A DNA stretch of 64,000 bases from Eledone cirrhosa (GCA_964016885.1 OZ024747.1:47306001-47370000); one strand, 5' to 3'; shown: positions 1 to 14,499, numbered from the stretch's first letter. The notes: generated by a model not told the origin, from the sequence alone. Translations and numbers: made by a program.

Positions 1-880
1 TCATCATGCAATAATATTTGTGTTTTCATCAGATAAAACAGGAGAACATGATATGAAGGCTAAAAAACACTTGTGGATAGTGCAGTTTTAAATCTACATA
101 TGAAAAGTGGTTTTAGATTGATGTGTGATATTGGGAAAAATATTTTATTTAGAGAGGGGGGGGGGAAAGGGGGAGGAGATGAGAGGGAGAGATGGGTGAT
201 AGAGAGAAAGAGATAGCTTTTATAACTGAGAGGAGATATACTGTCCCACACAGAGAGGTTGAAAACCGTTGGAAGATAATGTATAAACCCCCAAAAAAAT
301 TTTTTGAAAATCAACGAAAGGAGGATATGTGCGAGGAAAAAGTATTTTATTTAAGGAGGGGGGGGCTGGAAAGGATGAAAAAAAGGGGGAGGAGATGAGA
401 GTGAAGGTGGAGAGGGAGAGATGGGCGATAGAGAGAAAGAGATAGTTTTTATAACTGAGAGAAAGATACATTGTCTTACACAGAGAGGTTGAGAAACCGT
501 TGGAAGATAATGTATAAATTAAAGGAATTTGAAAATTAACGAAGGGAATTTATGTATGAAGATAGAGAGAAGAAATAATAATTGTGGATGAATATTCTAA
601 CGTCAAAAAAAGGTATGTTGTGGCAATTTCAAAATTAACGAAGAGAAAAATTATTAAGGTTTGTGTGTAGAAGGATTTGAGAAAAATAATGTGAAGTTAA
701 AGTTTGTATATTGGAGGAATTGATAATATATGCGAATAGAGTTAATATGTATTAAGAATGAGTTCGTTGATGGGGAGAAAAAAAAAAAAAATTAAGGATG
801 AAATTGAGATTAAAAAGATTTATGAGAGAGAGAAAAAAATAATGATTGCGGATAAATATTCTAACGTCAAAAAAAAAAAT
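1..880 (-). mobile_element. Penelope-like element 3' UTR fragment (family P3), cut by the window edge
   Basis: Similar to 35880-36700, which lies downstream of a GIY-YIG ORF. Bases 1-39 read on the minus strand give the 5' half of the same hammerhead (TTTTAT-CTGATGA). Internal ~200-bp tandem duplication (~120-310 vs ~330-520). Confidence 0.6.
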
Positions 881-891
881 ATATATATATA

Positions 892-945
<54 letters not shown>

Positions 946-946
<1 letters not shown>

Positions 947-1207
947 GGGGTAACAAATAATAGTTATATGCAGTCCACTTAGGTGTAGTCCAGTTATGGT
1001 ACTCCGGGTAGTGGATGATATCAACGCTTGGATGATATCAACGCTTGATGATATCAACTGATTATAATTTTGTATTGGCGATCGAGTAACGTGAAAACAA
1101 GCGAATAGCGATCTCTAGACCTACCAGTTCAGAGAAACAATTGTCAGCAATGAGATTAAAAACCTTTTTTGTATAGCAAACTATGTCAATCTTCTTTCCT
1201 GATTTAT
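946..1207. mobile_element. Inverted composite of repeat family P1 ends inside (TA)n
   Basis: 946-1035 is the reverse complement of ~15890-15972, and 1063-1206 matches 15661-15802 directly. Both ends run into (TA)n. Confidence 0.65.
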
Positions 1208-1290
1208 ATATATATATATATATATTATGTGAGTGTATAAAGATATATACATGTATTATATGTGAGTGCATATAAATATATATTATGTGC

Positions 1291-1342
<52 letters not shown>

Positions 1343-1352
1343 TGTGTGTGTG

Positions 1353-1425
<73 letters not shown>

Positions 1426-1440
1426 ATATATATATATATT

Positions 1441-1579
1441 AGATAAGGTGTGGTAAAATACCAGGTGGACCATAACCCCCCAGAGTACTCGATACTTGTG
1501 GTAGTAGAGTGAGTAATATAAAAATATTCAGGACCACCCCGACGGCTGAGCTCCGGCTGTTTCGACAGCTAGATCCGCC

Positions 1580-1582
<3 letters not shown>
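1441..1582 (-). mobile_element. Diverged P2-family end fragment in (TA)n
   Basis: Shares GTGGTAA..ACCAGGTGGACCATAAC and CCCCGACGGCTGAGCTC..GTTTCGAC with 4164-4295. A shorter relative lies at ~22006-22066. Confidence 0.6.
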
Positions 1583-1611
<29 letters not shown>

Positions 1612-1930
1612 CTATATAAATTATTAACACAGATTAAAAGCTTAAGCAAAGAATTTCTGCTTTCATTCTAAAGTATGAGACTTCTGAATTCATATTAGAA
1701 TCTCTTCGTTTGTTTTGGATGTTGGGTGAGGTTTAATTACAATTCAGTAAAGAGACGACTTCTTTTTTCAATAGTATTGTGTGTTCCTCTTCAGTTATAT
1801 GGCTTTAACTTGTCTCTATAACCTTTTATAAATTAGAGAAGAGTGGTGTGGGTCAAACTGGTGTCTGACCCAACGAAAGGTATGAACTGAAACATAGGGC
1901 ATTGATTCCCAACAAAATAATTCCCAACAA

Positions 1931-2123
1931 AATAATTGTTTCTATGTTAGGCACAAGGCCAGCAATTACTCCAGTGCATTACTGGTACTTTATTTTATCG
2001 ACCCCCGTAAGGATGAAAGGCAAAGTTAACCTTGGCGGGATTTGAACTCAGAAAGGCATGGGCCGTAACTCTATACGTCAAAGCATCGCGTCCGACCTTC
2101 TACCGATACTGCCAATCCACCGC
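1931..2123 (-). mobile_element. tRNA-derived SINE, family S1, full length
   Basis: Minus strand has A-box TGGCAGTATCGG, B-box GAGTTCAAATCC and core GCCTTTCATCCTTACGGGGGTCGATAAAATAAAGTACCAG. Nine copies occur in the window. Confidence 0.9.
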
Positions 2124-2157
2124 AGTTACTGCCAATCCACCGCAGAATTCCCAACAA

Positions 2158-2274
2158 AATAATTGTTTCTACTTTAGGCACAAGGCCAGCAATTATCCAG
2201 TGCATTACTGGTACTTTATTTTATCGACCCCGTAAGGATGAAAGGCAAAGTCAACCTCGGCGGAATTTGAACTC
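2158..2274 (-). mobile_element. SINE S1, 5'-truncated tandem copy
   Basis: Same core and tail as 1931-2123, truncated at the B-box. Confidence 0.85.
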
Positions 2275-3374
2275 CCAACAAAATAATGAAAACTTATCCA
2301 GTTGAACCCTCTCTTTTTCTTTAAAGAAATGTTTATAAACAGTCAAGGTGTTTACATCTGTTCATACGCACGGGGTTTGTTAAAAATTCATATATATATT
2401 TGATTGTTCAAGTGAAATAATTTAACCGTTATTTCCTCTAAGCTTGTGAATTAAGTTTTTGAAATTGTCTCCTCTTTCTCGATTTTTTCTTTCCTTCTTT
2501 TAATTATGATTTTTCTTTTATTTTATTATGATATTCATTACATTCATTAAATGTGTTTGTCTGTGTGTGTGTTTGAAAGATATTCAATATAGAATAAAAT
2601 ATAATTTTTAAGGCAGCAGGGTATGATTTAAGGGGAATTTGACTTTTATTTCTAACAAATGAATCTATCACATAGAGGTAGGTTCCCTTGTTCTTATTTC
2701 GACCACAATTGTTTTTACATTATATATTTAAAACATTATACTTAGGACTATGTTATCTGTCATGTCATGTTTTCATGTCGATAGAGAGTAATGCGAGGGC
2801 CAGATCTCTTCTTTTTCTAGCACATCACGTGACCACTCGTAGTCTCTTATGTTATAAAAGTCAGTGTTTTTGTTGATTTATGAATATAGCGGAGAATATT
2901 TTCTTAAGCTCCATCGTCTTTAGTTTCTTAACTGCGTGTTTATCATGTTTGCTTTGCGAGTCATACCCAGCAATGTATTTTGAACTTTCACTCACCTTAT
3001 CCGTCCATTCCCCGGCATGCTCTCTTCATCACTTTACTCAGGTGACGAATCTATTTATTATGGACGCCATGATAAATGTTAACCAACACGTAATTCTATG
3101 TAATCCGTCGTCACTGAAATTTTTCTCAACTCCAAAGTTTTACAGATAGACACATGTGGTCATAATATATTTTCCACTGTTGTCTGCATTGCTGGCATCT
3201 TATGGCATCTAACAAGTAAACACGTTTTCACTGTTGCTGCGTAAGACATTGACATATCTTTGTTAGTTTTTCTACATCATTTTTTGTTTCTTCTGATGAT
3301 GGACTCATGGAAACAATGTCAAGAGAAGTTTAGCTTATAGGCTAGTCATAAATTTATTGAAGCTTTACATAGAG

Positions 3375-3435
<61 letters not shown>

Positions 3436-3534
3436 CGCGTGTGTGTGCATATATATATATATATAAGCATGTATCTATATACACATATAAATTTATATAA
3501 ATCTATATACAGATATATATATATATAGATATAG

Positions 3535-3678
<144 letters not shown>

Positions 3679-4101
3679 TTATACATACATACACACACAT
3701 ATATATTTATATATATATATAGAGAGAGACATTTTTACACACACGTACACACATACTCTAGTTCACTGTCATCTGCAGTGTTGGCTACATTTCTTCCATA
3801 TTTATCTTAGCTTTGTCTTGGAAGCCTTTCAACATCGTATATCTTCTCAGCTGTAATGATATGAAAAACAACAAACATTTAAGAAGCATGCTATTGATGA
3901 CTTCTGGAATGTGTTTGTAATGGTCATTTATTATAAGAACACTGAACTATTATCAGATGAGGGTTTACTCTGTCTGTTGCTAAGATTATTGAATTTGGCT
4001 CAGCCATTATCAGATAGATATTGTTATCAAAATTGTATTATGTTTCATAGACAACATTATATTTTTAATGCAACATGGCAGTCCTTCCCCGAATAATAGC
4101 T

Positions 4102-4163
<62 letters not shown>

Positions 4164-4164
<1 letters not shown>

Positions 4165-4351
4165 CGAAGGAAATGTGGTAAGGAACCAGGTGGACCATAA
4201 CGCACCAAAGTACTCAATACTTAGGGTAGTAGAGTGGGTAATAGGAACAAGTAAGACCCCGACGGCTGAGCTCAAGCCGTTTCGACGGCTAATTCTGGAC
4301 TGAATTAGCCGTCGAAACGGCTTGAGCTCAGCCGTCGGGGTCTTACTTGTT

Positions 4352-4356
<5 letters not shown>
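4164..4356. mobile_element. P2 hairpin element in (TA)n: ~77-bp unique tail plus 55-bp perfect inverted repeat
   Basis: Arms 4241-4295 and 4302-4356. Near-identical copies at 18457 and 30742. Confidence 0.85.
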
Positions 4357-4399
<43 letters not shown>

Positions 4400-4485
4400 A
4401 ACAAGTAAGTAATAAACAAGTAAGTAATAAACTTTGCTATACATAGGCAGACAGACACCTCAAACACACATACGCGCGCGTCATG

Positions 4486-4715
4486 CTCTGAGGAGGTCAC
4501 AGAATGTGTGACGAAAGAGCTTTAAGAATAAATAAATAAACAATCATCCGGTTATTAAACCAACCAACCGCGGAAATTTGTAATAAATTGAGGTGAAAAC
4601 CAAAAGGTGTGTGTGTGTGTTTTTATTGGCAGCATGACCCGCCCAAAGTATAACAATATACGTTTCAACACACGTTTTCAGATAAGAAATTTTGAAAACA
4701 AATACAAAAACGAAG
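4486..4715 (+). mobile_element. PLE family P6 3' end
   Basis: Homologous to 11890-12142 and ends in (TA)n at the same point. Confidence 0.75.
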
Positions 4716-4733
4716 TATATATATGTATGTATT

Positions 4734-4850
<117 letters not shown>

Positions 4851-6295
4851 TTGTGTGTGTGTTTGTATGTATTTATATTTATTAAAACATATTCACCACG
4901 GTTGCCAGACGCGACTTGAAATAAGAACCAACGGTAAAATAGGCCAAAATTAGGCCAGTTTAGAGGAGTAACATCTCAAGTTTCCGCAGGACTTGTCACC
5001 TTTGTAGTTTCTATTGTAGGGGTTGTAGTGGTGGGGGGAAGGTGTGTTTGTGTGTAGCTGTGGTCTTTATTACAAGTTATAACTGCTTGAGCAAACTTAG
5101 GTTCATATATTAATGGCTACATTATTCAGATGTCCTTTTTCATTTTAAGACAGCAGGCTGTTATTTGAGGGAGGTTTGGCTGGTGTTTCTAGCAGTTTGA
5201 ATGACAACTGTGATGAAGAATATAGACTCAATTAGAAGGCGACACTTGCTCTTTCTATATACTTATAGTTGGTGTTAAATCCCAGAACTTGAGGGCGGTC
5301 AATATATTGGTGCTGCAACTATTTTTGTGTGTATCTGTTCCTTACACAGGAGGACTAAAAATAAATTGCACCACGTACGTTTTGTGTCACAGTATATTGA
5401 TTTTGTAACCGATTAACAACAGGAGAAGACTACAAGACCCTAATGGGAGCCTCCAACACCGGCCTTACTGTGTCAAAGAGCAATTTCATACATCTTTGGA
5501 ACGGACAAATCTCCCTTCAAAGTCAATATACAAAACTGAGTAAAGACATTTGAGACGTGGGTTGAAGACTCTAAAAAACTAGAAGTGACCAAAGTTTCAG
5601 TTTTCGCATTTAACATGACGTGACCAGCAAGAACGAACTTTAATTAACATCCAATGATGATCACTGTAGAAGGCATAGGCACCTGATCGCTCAATGTTAT
5701 CCTCTCCGAAAGTTTAATCATAGATGGAAGTGAAGCGTTTGTGAAATTTTTAGAAATGCAAACATGAGTTTGAGTACACTTTTCCTTCAATAGTACACCT
5801 ATCTGTATCAGATTCTTAGATGTGTTTATATATATATATATATGTGTGTGTGTGGGGGGGGGGGGGTGCGTGTGTGTGTGTGTGTAAGAGAGAGAGATTG
5901 TGTCCGTATGCATGGATATATGTCACTGAGAGAGTGTCCAAGATAGTACCATCAAGAAATTAACGCTAATTTAATGCAAGTTTTCTTCTGATTAGCTTAC
6001 TCTATTTTCAGTTTCGTCTATGTTGCTAGAAATTGAGTGCCGATACTTGTAGAATACAGCGTGATTGTGTGTGTTTGTATGTATTTGCTTCTGTATATGT
6101 TTGTTTCTGAATATGTAGAAGGGCAATAAATATGTGTTTTAGTATATGTGAGCGTGTATTCACGCACACTAAATAAGTTAGGTATCAATAATTGAAACAA
6201 ACAAGAAAAATCCATTTCATCGTAATAAACAAAATGTATGAGCAAGCATTTACAAATCATATTTTTTTTTAAATATAGGTTTAATAGAAAATACA

Positions 6296-6338
<43 letters not shown>

Positions 6339-6500
6339 TTAGATTAGAGATAAATACATGATATCAATATGGTAAAACGGGTGCACAAATCATTTACTAA
6401 TCATAGCGTAAGAAAGTAAATACATGCTTACACTGAAAGTATAGGTATGTCGGTATATCAGGAACCTTTGTACACATATATATACACATCTATCTCTCTC

Positions 6501-6566
<66 letters not shown>

Positions 6567-6854
6567 TATATATATATCCATATATATATATCACTCTCTC
6601 TCTTTTAATATATATTCTTAAAGTTTATTAGTAAGGCAGCAAGGTAATTTACTTATGGCAGTCGTCCTAGTGTAGAACACTCAACACTGAATATCTTGGT
6701 AGACAGGTTTCGGTTAATTCGTGCCACAGACTTTAATCTAAGGGAAAATAGTTTAATTCGATTAGTTTTGCTCGGCGAAGTCGACACGCGTAAAGAATTG
6801 TTGCTGTTTAATTGACAGCTCATATATACCCACACGTACATACACGCACACACA

Positions 6855-7023
<169 letters not shown>

Positions 7024-7182
7024 GCACACACCCACCCACATATTTGCGTACTGGTGTGTGTATATATATGCGTATGTGGATAACGAAAAGTAGAAGAGAG
7101 GATAGTGTGCTTGTCTATTTCCGTGTATGATTATTCACGGATATATTTGCATATTAATATACTGTATTTATATATATTTATG

Positions 7183-7237
<55 letters not shown>

Positions 7238-7984
7238 GTATATATATTTATATATATATACATATATACATACATAGCTACATAAATATATATGTATATA
7301 TATATTTTGTGTGCGTGTGTTTACCTGTATGTATATACAGAGAATGGGGGAAGGTTGGGGATAAGGAGAAAGCGTAAAAAAGTCGTGAAAATGATGGTTA
7401 ACATAGCAGTAGATTTAATTCTTTTTTTTTCTGCTCATGGCTCCCGTTTGAACCAAAATTATCTCTGTGGTCACCTCATAGTTGCTACTAGTTGCAAAAC
7501 AACCATTTTTCCATTTGCATTTTTTATTAATCGTTGCTGTATCATATAAACACAAAGTGTTTGATGTAGCTTTTCAAAACGCCCATTTCTATGCAGATAA
7601 ATTTGTATAGTAGCAAACGAACTTCTATAAAGACATAAATAAGCTACAAGGGCTGTCATAAATTAACTTTAATAATATATACTTTATTTACCAACTAAAA
7701 TATTAGAAGCATGACTGGCCTTTATTTAGTGCGTCTTGTAGCTGATAAAATCTCAAAAGATTTTAAGTATTTGGCTGCAGCTTTCTTCGTGAGAAATGAA
7801 GATCACATCTTAGAATATCATAGTGAGTTTTGTCAGTAGATAAATCACCCGGCCACATCCAGATTTAACTATATAAAAAGTAGGAAAAACAATAAAATAC
7901 AACTTAACCATCACACAGAAAATTTCAAGCTACCTAGAAATTCCAATATCTTTCTATAAATTATATTTACTATGTTTAAATCTA

Positions 7985-8180
7985 CAGACCTGTCAATCTC
8001 TAAAAACCCAAACGGTGAGTACCATGAAAAAAAGGGGCCTCAAAACTGGGATAAATGAGGCAAAATGGGGAGATTTTACCTAATGAAAGCTATACCCATT
8101 TTCACAAGAGAAGACATCTCTTACCCACCCCAAAATGGGTGGGAGATCTCCCCGCCAGACGGGGAGGATTGACTGGTCTG
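7985..8180. mobile_element. MITE with hAT-like termini and a 6-bp TSD
   Basis: TIRs CAGACCTGTCAATC and GATTGACTGGTCTG, flanked on both sides by AATCTA (7979-7984, 8181-8186). Confidence 0.65.
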
Positions 8181-9552
8181 AATCTAACTTGAGCTGTTTT
8201 TTGTTCACTCTGTAACTCAATACAACTTTCCAGTAATATAATGTTAAAATAAGCTCAAAAGTTATTGCTTATTTTTTTTACGCAAAAATATGGAGTTGGC
8301 CTCCAACTGGTCTTGAGTGCTAAAATACTTGCAAAAACTATTTTCCTTGTTGCCAATTAAAGGAAAATTGTAAAAGCTGCAATTAGCAGCTGAAACGAAA
8401 AAAAGAGAAGATATGAGATTCTTCATTTTGCCAGCTACAAATATATACTGAATAATTATCAACTTCAGGCAATGGAGAAAGTATGAAAAAAGAAGAAATG
8501 ACAAAAGTGAGTTCTTCTCCAGCCGAAGAATTTACCCAAGAAAATACGAGGAAAGTGACACACTTCTCTTTTACTAAAAAAACGGTGAAGGGGTCTTTGA
8601 TGTGCCCTCGAAAAAAGAGTTAGAGGAGGTTGGTAGTGGAAAGAGCGGTATAAATTGTAACAATATCAGTAGCTTCCTCTGGTGAACACCATGGCCCTGG
8701 CTGCCCCGAGGATAACCAGAACGAAAACAAATAAAATTTACCGTTCATCTGGGCCACCAACAACAGTGACTGACATGTCAGATTATCCAGAACCCTAAGA
8801 GGTACATGACCATCCAAAATCTTAGGAGATCTACAGTACATGACCATCCAAAACCTTATGAGATCTCTTCCAGCAAAGGGCCATCCAGGAACCTGGGAGA
8901 TCTCCTGCACAGAACTATCCAGAATCCTAAGAGATCTCCTCTCTTCCAACACAGGACCATTCAAGACTTTAGATCTCCTCTGGCACAGAACATCCAGAAT
9001 CCAGAGAATCCAAACGGTGGGGTGGAAATAAATGCCACAGAAAGATGCAAAACTGCCGAGAACAATAAAAATAGAAAGGAGAAAATAAAGAATATTGAAC
9101 TCCAATTAAAGACATACATGCGGTTGGAAGTCAAGTCCTTCACTATCCAGTGCTTAAATTTCATGGTAATCCAGCGAGACAACTTTTACATATATAAGCT
9201 GGATAAAACAAACACTCCAGACGTGGACCGGTAACGGTCCAAATTCCCCACCCCTCTGCCTTTAGCTCCTCACACTATACACCCCTACGCATCACACACG
9301 CTCAACCTCTCCACCACCAGTCCAGACGCACCCACACACCTATAAAAATGACCCCCTTACTAGAACCCCCCCCCCTCTTTTACCCCACCTCGGCACCAAC
9401 TAATCAACTAACGGACCACTAAGAACCTACCACTAACACTACTAACCCTCTTCTACCTCCCCACTCCACCTTCTCCCACCCCTTACACACATATCTAGCA
9501 TCATTAACAACCTACAACCCCGACTGCCACCACTTTCATCCCGACACCACCG

Positions 9553-9590
<38 letters not shown>

Positions 9591-9933
9591 TACACACTCA
9601 CGTACATAGAAACATGAGAAAAACGTCACACACTAACACAGGCTCGCCTCTCCAACAACACACTCATACACTAACAGTTTACCTGTCACACACAAATGGA
9701 CCCTCCGTTCACCCCATCAACAGCACTGTCTCGTTTATTAACTATATGTATATATATATATATATAAACATATACATATAATATACACATATATACATAT
9801 ATATACATATATATATACATATATATATATATATGTCACGGGACCACAAACACGGCCAGTCTGTGGAGCTAATATTACTAGTAACTACAGACTGTCCTAC
9901 TTCCTCTCCCTGATCATACGCCCCATCATTGAA

Positions 9934-11307
9934 ATGTCCCCAGATGTATGTGACAGCACGGAGGACCCCCTCAGCAGAATCGGCGAGAGTAACCTATCTA
10001 GGGACCTAACAAACTGCATAATAGGTAGTATGGATGTTGTGTCCCTGTATCCATCTATTGATGTGGATTTTGCTGTGGAGAAATGCGTAGAAATGATCAG
10101 TGAGAGCAATGTTGAGTTCCGTGGGATTGATACCAGTGAGCTGGGACTCCTACTTAAACTTACCTATAGTAATAATTACCTAGACACATATGACCTTAGC
10201 AACCTGTGCCCTACAAGACCAGCAAGAGGCAGACCACCTACCATTACCTCAATGGCCAAGAAAACCCACACAGATAGATGGAACGGGTGGACCAGAGCCA
10301 TACGGACACCCGAAAACCACGATGAACTGAAGAAAATGATTGCACATACGGTAGGGGCCAGCATAAAACTAACCCTTAAGGAACATATGTTCAAATTTAA
10401 TGGAAAAACATATGCCCAAGAGGAAGGAGCAGCCATTGGTGTTAGCATTGCAGGCGACATAGCTAACTTATTCATGGTATGGTGGGACAGTAGACTTAAA
10501 CTTAAACTTAAAGAACAATTAGAAGACCCCTTAACCCGGATAATGTACTCCCGCTACGTTGATGATATAAACATCGTAGTTAAGACGCCCCCACTAGAGA
10601 ACAGTCAGGAACTAGAGAAAAACACAATGGAAAGCATCCAGCAAATAGCTAACTCCATCCACCAGAGTATTAGAGTTACTATAGACTACCCAAGTAAACA
10701 CCCAAACCATCGATTACTTGTACTAGACACAGAGCTCTGGTTAGATACCATTAATAACAAAAAACAAATCCTCCATTCCCATTATGCCAAACCCATGACT
10801 TCCAAACATCTGATCCACCGAAACTCAGCTGTTTCGGACCATACCAAAATCAACATACTGATTGCGGATTTGGTACGGGTGATGAGAAACGTGTCCCGCA
10901 TGTGCAACCCCGAAGAACTAGAGAGACACTTACAACACTTCATCCACCGTATGCAGTTCTCTGGTTACAATCAGAGAGATAAAATCAGAGTGTATAGAGG
11001 AGCCAGAACCAAATGGGAAAAAATGGTAAATAATGACGCAAATGGAACCTGCCCCTTGTATAGGAGCAAATTTTGGAATAGAATAGAAAGAACTAGGAAT
11101 AAGACTAATAGAATAAACTCATGGTACGATAGCAATAAATACCAGAGTGTAATGTTCATCGATACAACCCCTAGAGGTGAATTAGCTTACAAATTCAGAA
11201 GGGCCCTAGATAAACATAAACTCAATATTAAAATAGTAGAAAGACCAGGTACCTCCGTAAAAACACTTATTAGCAAGACATACCCTTTTCAAAGATCCCC
11301 TGTATAG
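9934..11307 (+). pseudogene. PLE reverse transcriptase (partial ORF)
   Basis: Motifs DVVSLYPSI, QEEGAAIGVSIAGDIANLFM, YSRYVDDI and LLVLD. The N-terminus is truncated and the frame stops before the endonuclease. Confidence 0.9.
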
Positions 11308-11660
11308 ATAAGAAATGTATAACCTGTAAAATAAGCCCCCATATTAACTGTAAAACTAGAAATGTAGAGTATAGCATAAGATGTACTGAAGGACAATGTA
11401 GAGACAAAAATATAGTGTACATAGGTGAGACAGCTCGTAGTGTAGGGGAACGGATAAATGAACACTGGCGAGACCTTCAAGATAGTAAAGAATGATCTGT
11501 ACTCTACCAACATGCTAAAATAGAACATAGGGGTAAATTAGAGAACATAGAAATAAAAATAGAATCTACACACAGAAAAGACGCAATGTTTAGACAAATC
11601 ACAGAGGCAATAAACATAAAAGAATTACAACCAAAATTAAATAGAAAATATGAGTGGAAC
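11308..11660 (+). pseudogene. PLE GIY-YIG endonuclease with stops and frameshifts
   Basis: Manual translation: CITCK..INCKTRNVEYSIRC..VYIGETARSVGERINEH..SVLYQHAKIEH..RQITEAINIKELQPKLN. Confidence 0.8.
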
Positions 11661-11885
11661 AGCAACATCACAACTTACTATTAAGGACAAAATGAAAACA
11701 CACACGCACATAGAACAAACAACCAACCGGTAACATGTAAATAAACAAATAAATAAACGAATATAAACACACACAGACACCCGGATGTGGCGCATGCGCA
11801 GACTGAGCACACAACACACACACAGAAACAAAATGGCGTAGGACAGAACAAAGGAGAGGCACAAAAACAAAGAAAAGAATCCCCA

Positions 11886-11928
11886 GTCACTGAAGAGGTC
11901 ACAGAATGCGTGACGAAAGAACTTTGAC
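11886..11928 (+). ncRNA. Minimal hammerhead-like motif (P6)
   Basis: GTCA-CTGAAGA-G-GTCAC(loop)GTGAC-GAAA-GAAC-TT-TGAC. Copies at 32683-32727 (+) and 32508-32552 (-), where stem I is AGTCA/TGACT. Confidence 0.55.
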
Positions 11929-12140
11929 AATATATAAACAACTATCTGGTTGTGGAACAAACCAACCAACCAGAAATTTATAAATTCCTAAATTTATAAA
12001 TTTATAATAATAAATTGAAGTGAAAGCAACTGGTGCGTGTGTTTCTTATTGGCAACATGACCCTCCCAAAGTATAACAATATCGGTTTCAACACACGTTT
12101 TCAGATAAAGAATCTTGCCAAACAAACAAATTCAGAAACG

Positions 12141-12247
<107 letters not shown>

Positions 12248-12249
12248 TG

Positions 12250-12418
12250 TAGGAGGTGAGTTTTATGTTGATTTAAAACTTCACTATTCACAAGTGTTTT
12301 TTAACATATCATGTCTCCCTATTTTATCTGATGAGAACGCAGATATCATCCCATGATGATATTTGTTTTTGAAATGCGCATAATAAAATACTTGGAACTC
12401 TTTTAACCATCTTTTGAT

Positions 12419-12421
<3 letters not shown>
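12250..12421. mobile_element. P3 inverted end composite in (TA)n
   Basis: Starts GTAGGAGGTGAGTTTTAT like 35710, then switches to the reverse complement of ~35800-35937. Confidence 0.7.
12321..12389 (+). ncRNA. Type I hammerhead ribozyme (P3)
   Basis: Stem I ATTTTAT/ATAAAAT, core CTGATGA, long stem II (CAGATATCATC/GATGATATTTG), GAAA, palindromic TGCGCA, then a UA cleavage site. Confidence 0.8.
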
Positions 12422-12504
<83 letters not shown>

Positions 12505-12635
12505 GAGGTTATATTTAATTTGTTGGGATTCAACAAGCTTAACATTTTTTTATAACTGATATAAAGCATTCAACAATTAGTGGAGTAAATACACAATATA
12601 TTAATAAATGGAAACTATATTTATAAAACCATATT

Positions 12636-12701
12636 TATTTTATTATATATATTTCAAGGGCAACCAAAGCAAATTATGGTGCGCTTTCATCAGATAAAAT
12701 A
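12636..12701 (-). ncRNA. Type I hammerhead ribozyme (P4, left arm)
   Basis: Reverse complement of 13013-13078. Confidence 0.75.
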
Positions 12702-13012
12702 CAGATTTGTTTTATAAATAAATATTGACATACCCGGAAAAAAGACAATCTTAACGGTTGGAGCTTCCTGGATAGTGGAGATAATATTTTATAGAGGGTA
12801 ATACAAAGTTATGAGTGAGTATGCAAATGAATGTCCGAAAAGTTGAAAAGATAACGGTTTATCTTTTCAACTTTTCGGACTCTCATTTGCATACTCACTC
12901 ATAACTTTGTATTACCCTCAATAAATGTACTATTTCCACTATCCAGGAAGCTCCAACCGTTAAGGTTGTCTTTTTTCCGGGAATGTCAATATTTATTTAT
13001 AAAACAAATCTG

Positions 13013-13078
13013 TATTTTATCTGATGAAAGCGCACCATAATTTGCTTTGGTTGTCCTTGAAATATATATAATAAAATA
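13013..13078 (+). ncRNA. Type I hammerhead ribozyme (P4, right arm)
   Basis: Stem I TATTTTAT/ATAAAATA, CTGATGA, stem II AAG..ACCA/TGGT..CTT, GAAA, palindromic TATATA, UA site. Confidence 0.75.
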
Positions 13079-13116
13079 AATATGGCTTTATAAATATAGT
13101 TTCCATTTATTAATAT

Positions 13117-13176
<60 letters not shown>

Positions 13177-13178
13177 TA

Positions 13179-13290
<112 letters not shown>

Positions 13291-13719
13291 GATGCAAAGA
13301 AAAAAGAAAATCTTTCTGAGTCCATTTCATTATATAGGATTCCAGCACGTAACCTGTAAACCGAGAAATGTAGGATGACTTTATTCAATTGACCACTGTG
13401 ACTTTATGGAGATAAAAGCTATATATAAAAGATTTTATTACTTATTACCACACTATTTACAGATGGCCATGAAGAAATGGATGTGTATAGCAGAAGGGGG
13501 AGAATAAAGAAAACGTTTACTATATATATATATGAGAAAGTAACACATATGATGCTAAAAGGAACGAATATATCAATCCACAGACACGGTCATTGTTGCT
13601 GTTGATTTTTTTTTTTTTTTTTTTTATTTGTTGGACATTTTGTAATTTTTCTTTATATATTTTTGGCTTTTTGTTTGCATACTCCAAGTCCATCTTGCTA
13701 GTTTTCTTCTTGCTCCACA

Positions 13720-13987
13720 TATTTCTTATTTTTCTTCTTTTTCTTTTTCTTTTTCTTTTTCTTTTTCTTTTTCTTTTTCTTTTTCTTCTTTTTCTACTTT
13801 TTCTTCTTTTTCTTCTTTTTTCTTTTTTCTTTTTTCTTTTTTCTTTTTTCTTTTTTCTTTTTTCTTTTTTCTTTTTTCTTTTTTCTTTTTTCTTTTTTCT
13901 TCTTTTTTCTTTTTCTCTTTTTTCTTCTTTTCCTTTTTTTCTTTTTTCTTTCTTTCTTCTTTTTCTTTTTCTTTTTCTTTTTCTTCT
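13720..13987. repeat. (TTTTTC)n-like polypyrimidine tract
   Basis: Direct reading. Confidence 0.9.
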
Positions 13988-14342
13988 GTTTGTTGTACTC
14001 ATTTTGTTCTTTTTGTTCGTCTTGTTCTCCTCCCCTCCTCCTCCAATCCTGTCTTCATCACGAACGCATTGGTTAAAACGACTGATATATTATGCCTTTC
14101 TGAGGACGTAATTTAAAATTCATGGAAATCTATGAAAGAGACATAATACGACATAAATGCTTGTGATGATGAAAATACTTTTTATAGATTTTCCTCAAAA
14201 TAATATCATACTAAATATTCATATTTATTCTCTCTATCTCGTCGTGTGTTAGCCAGCATTGAGATTAAGTGGTCACAAGAACATTCTTTAATAAATAAAT
14301 AAATAAAGACTATCACGCAAACACACATACACATATACACGC

Positions 14343-14455
<113 letters not shown>

Positions 14456-14499
14456 CACACACACACATATATATATATACTCATATATATATACACATT

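Larger units (their letters stand above)
12502..13122. mobile_element. P4 PLE end pair: ~88-bp tail plus ~265-bp inverted repeat in (TA)n
   Basis: Arms ~12590-12854 and 12859-13122 with a 4-nt centre. Each arm holds a hammerhead. Confidence 0.85.

Noticed and set aside
3287-3326. Hammerhead-like CTGATGA..GAAACAATGTC
   Set aside because: Stems I and III are plausible but stem II does not pair. At best a decayed copy.
8600-9745. 142-aa ORF with short repeats and a PLE-like C-terminal ending
   Set aside because: Possibly a decayed PLE end, but the motifs are too weak to call.
13520-14111. K/R-rich and F/L-rich ORFs
   Set aside because: They come from a (TTTTTC)n tract and have no domain content.
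14094-14140. CTGAGGA...GAAA motif
   Set aside because: The cleavage position would be G and the stems are weak.
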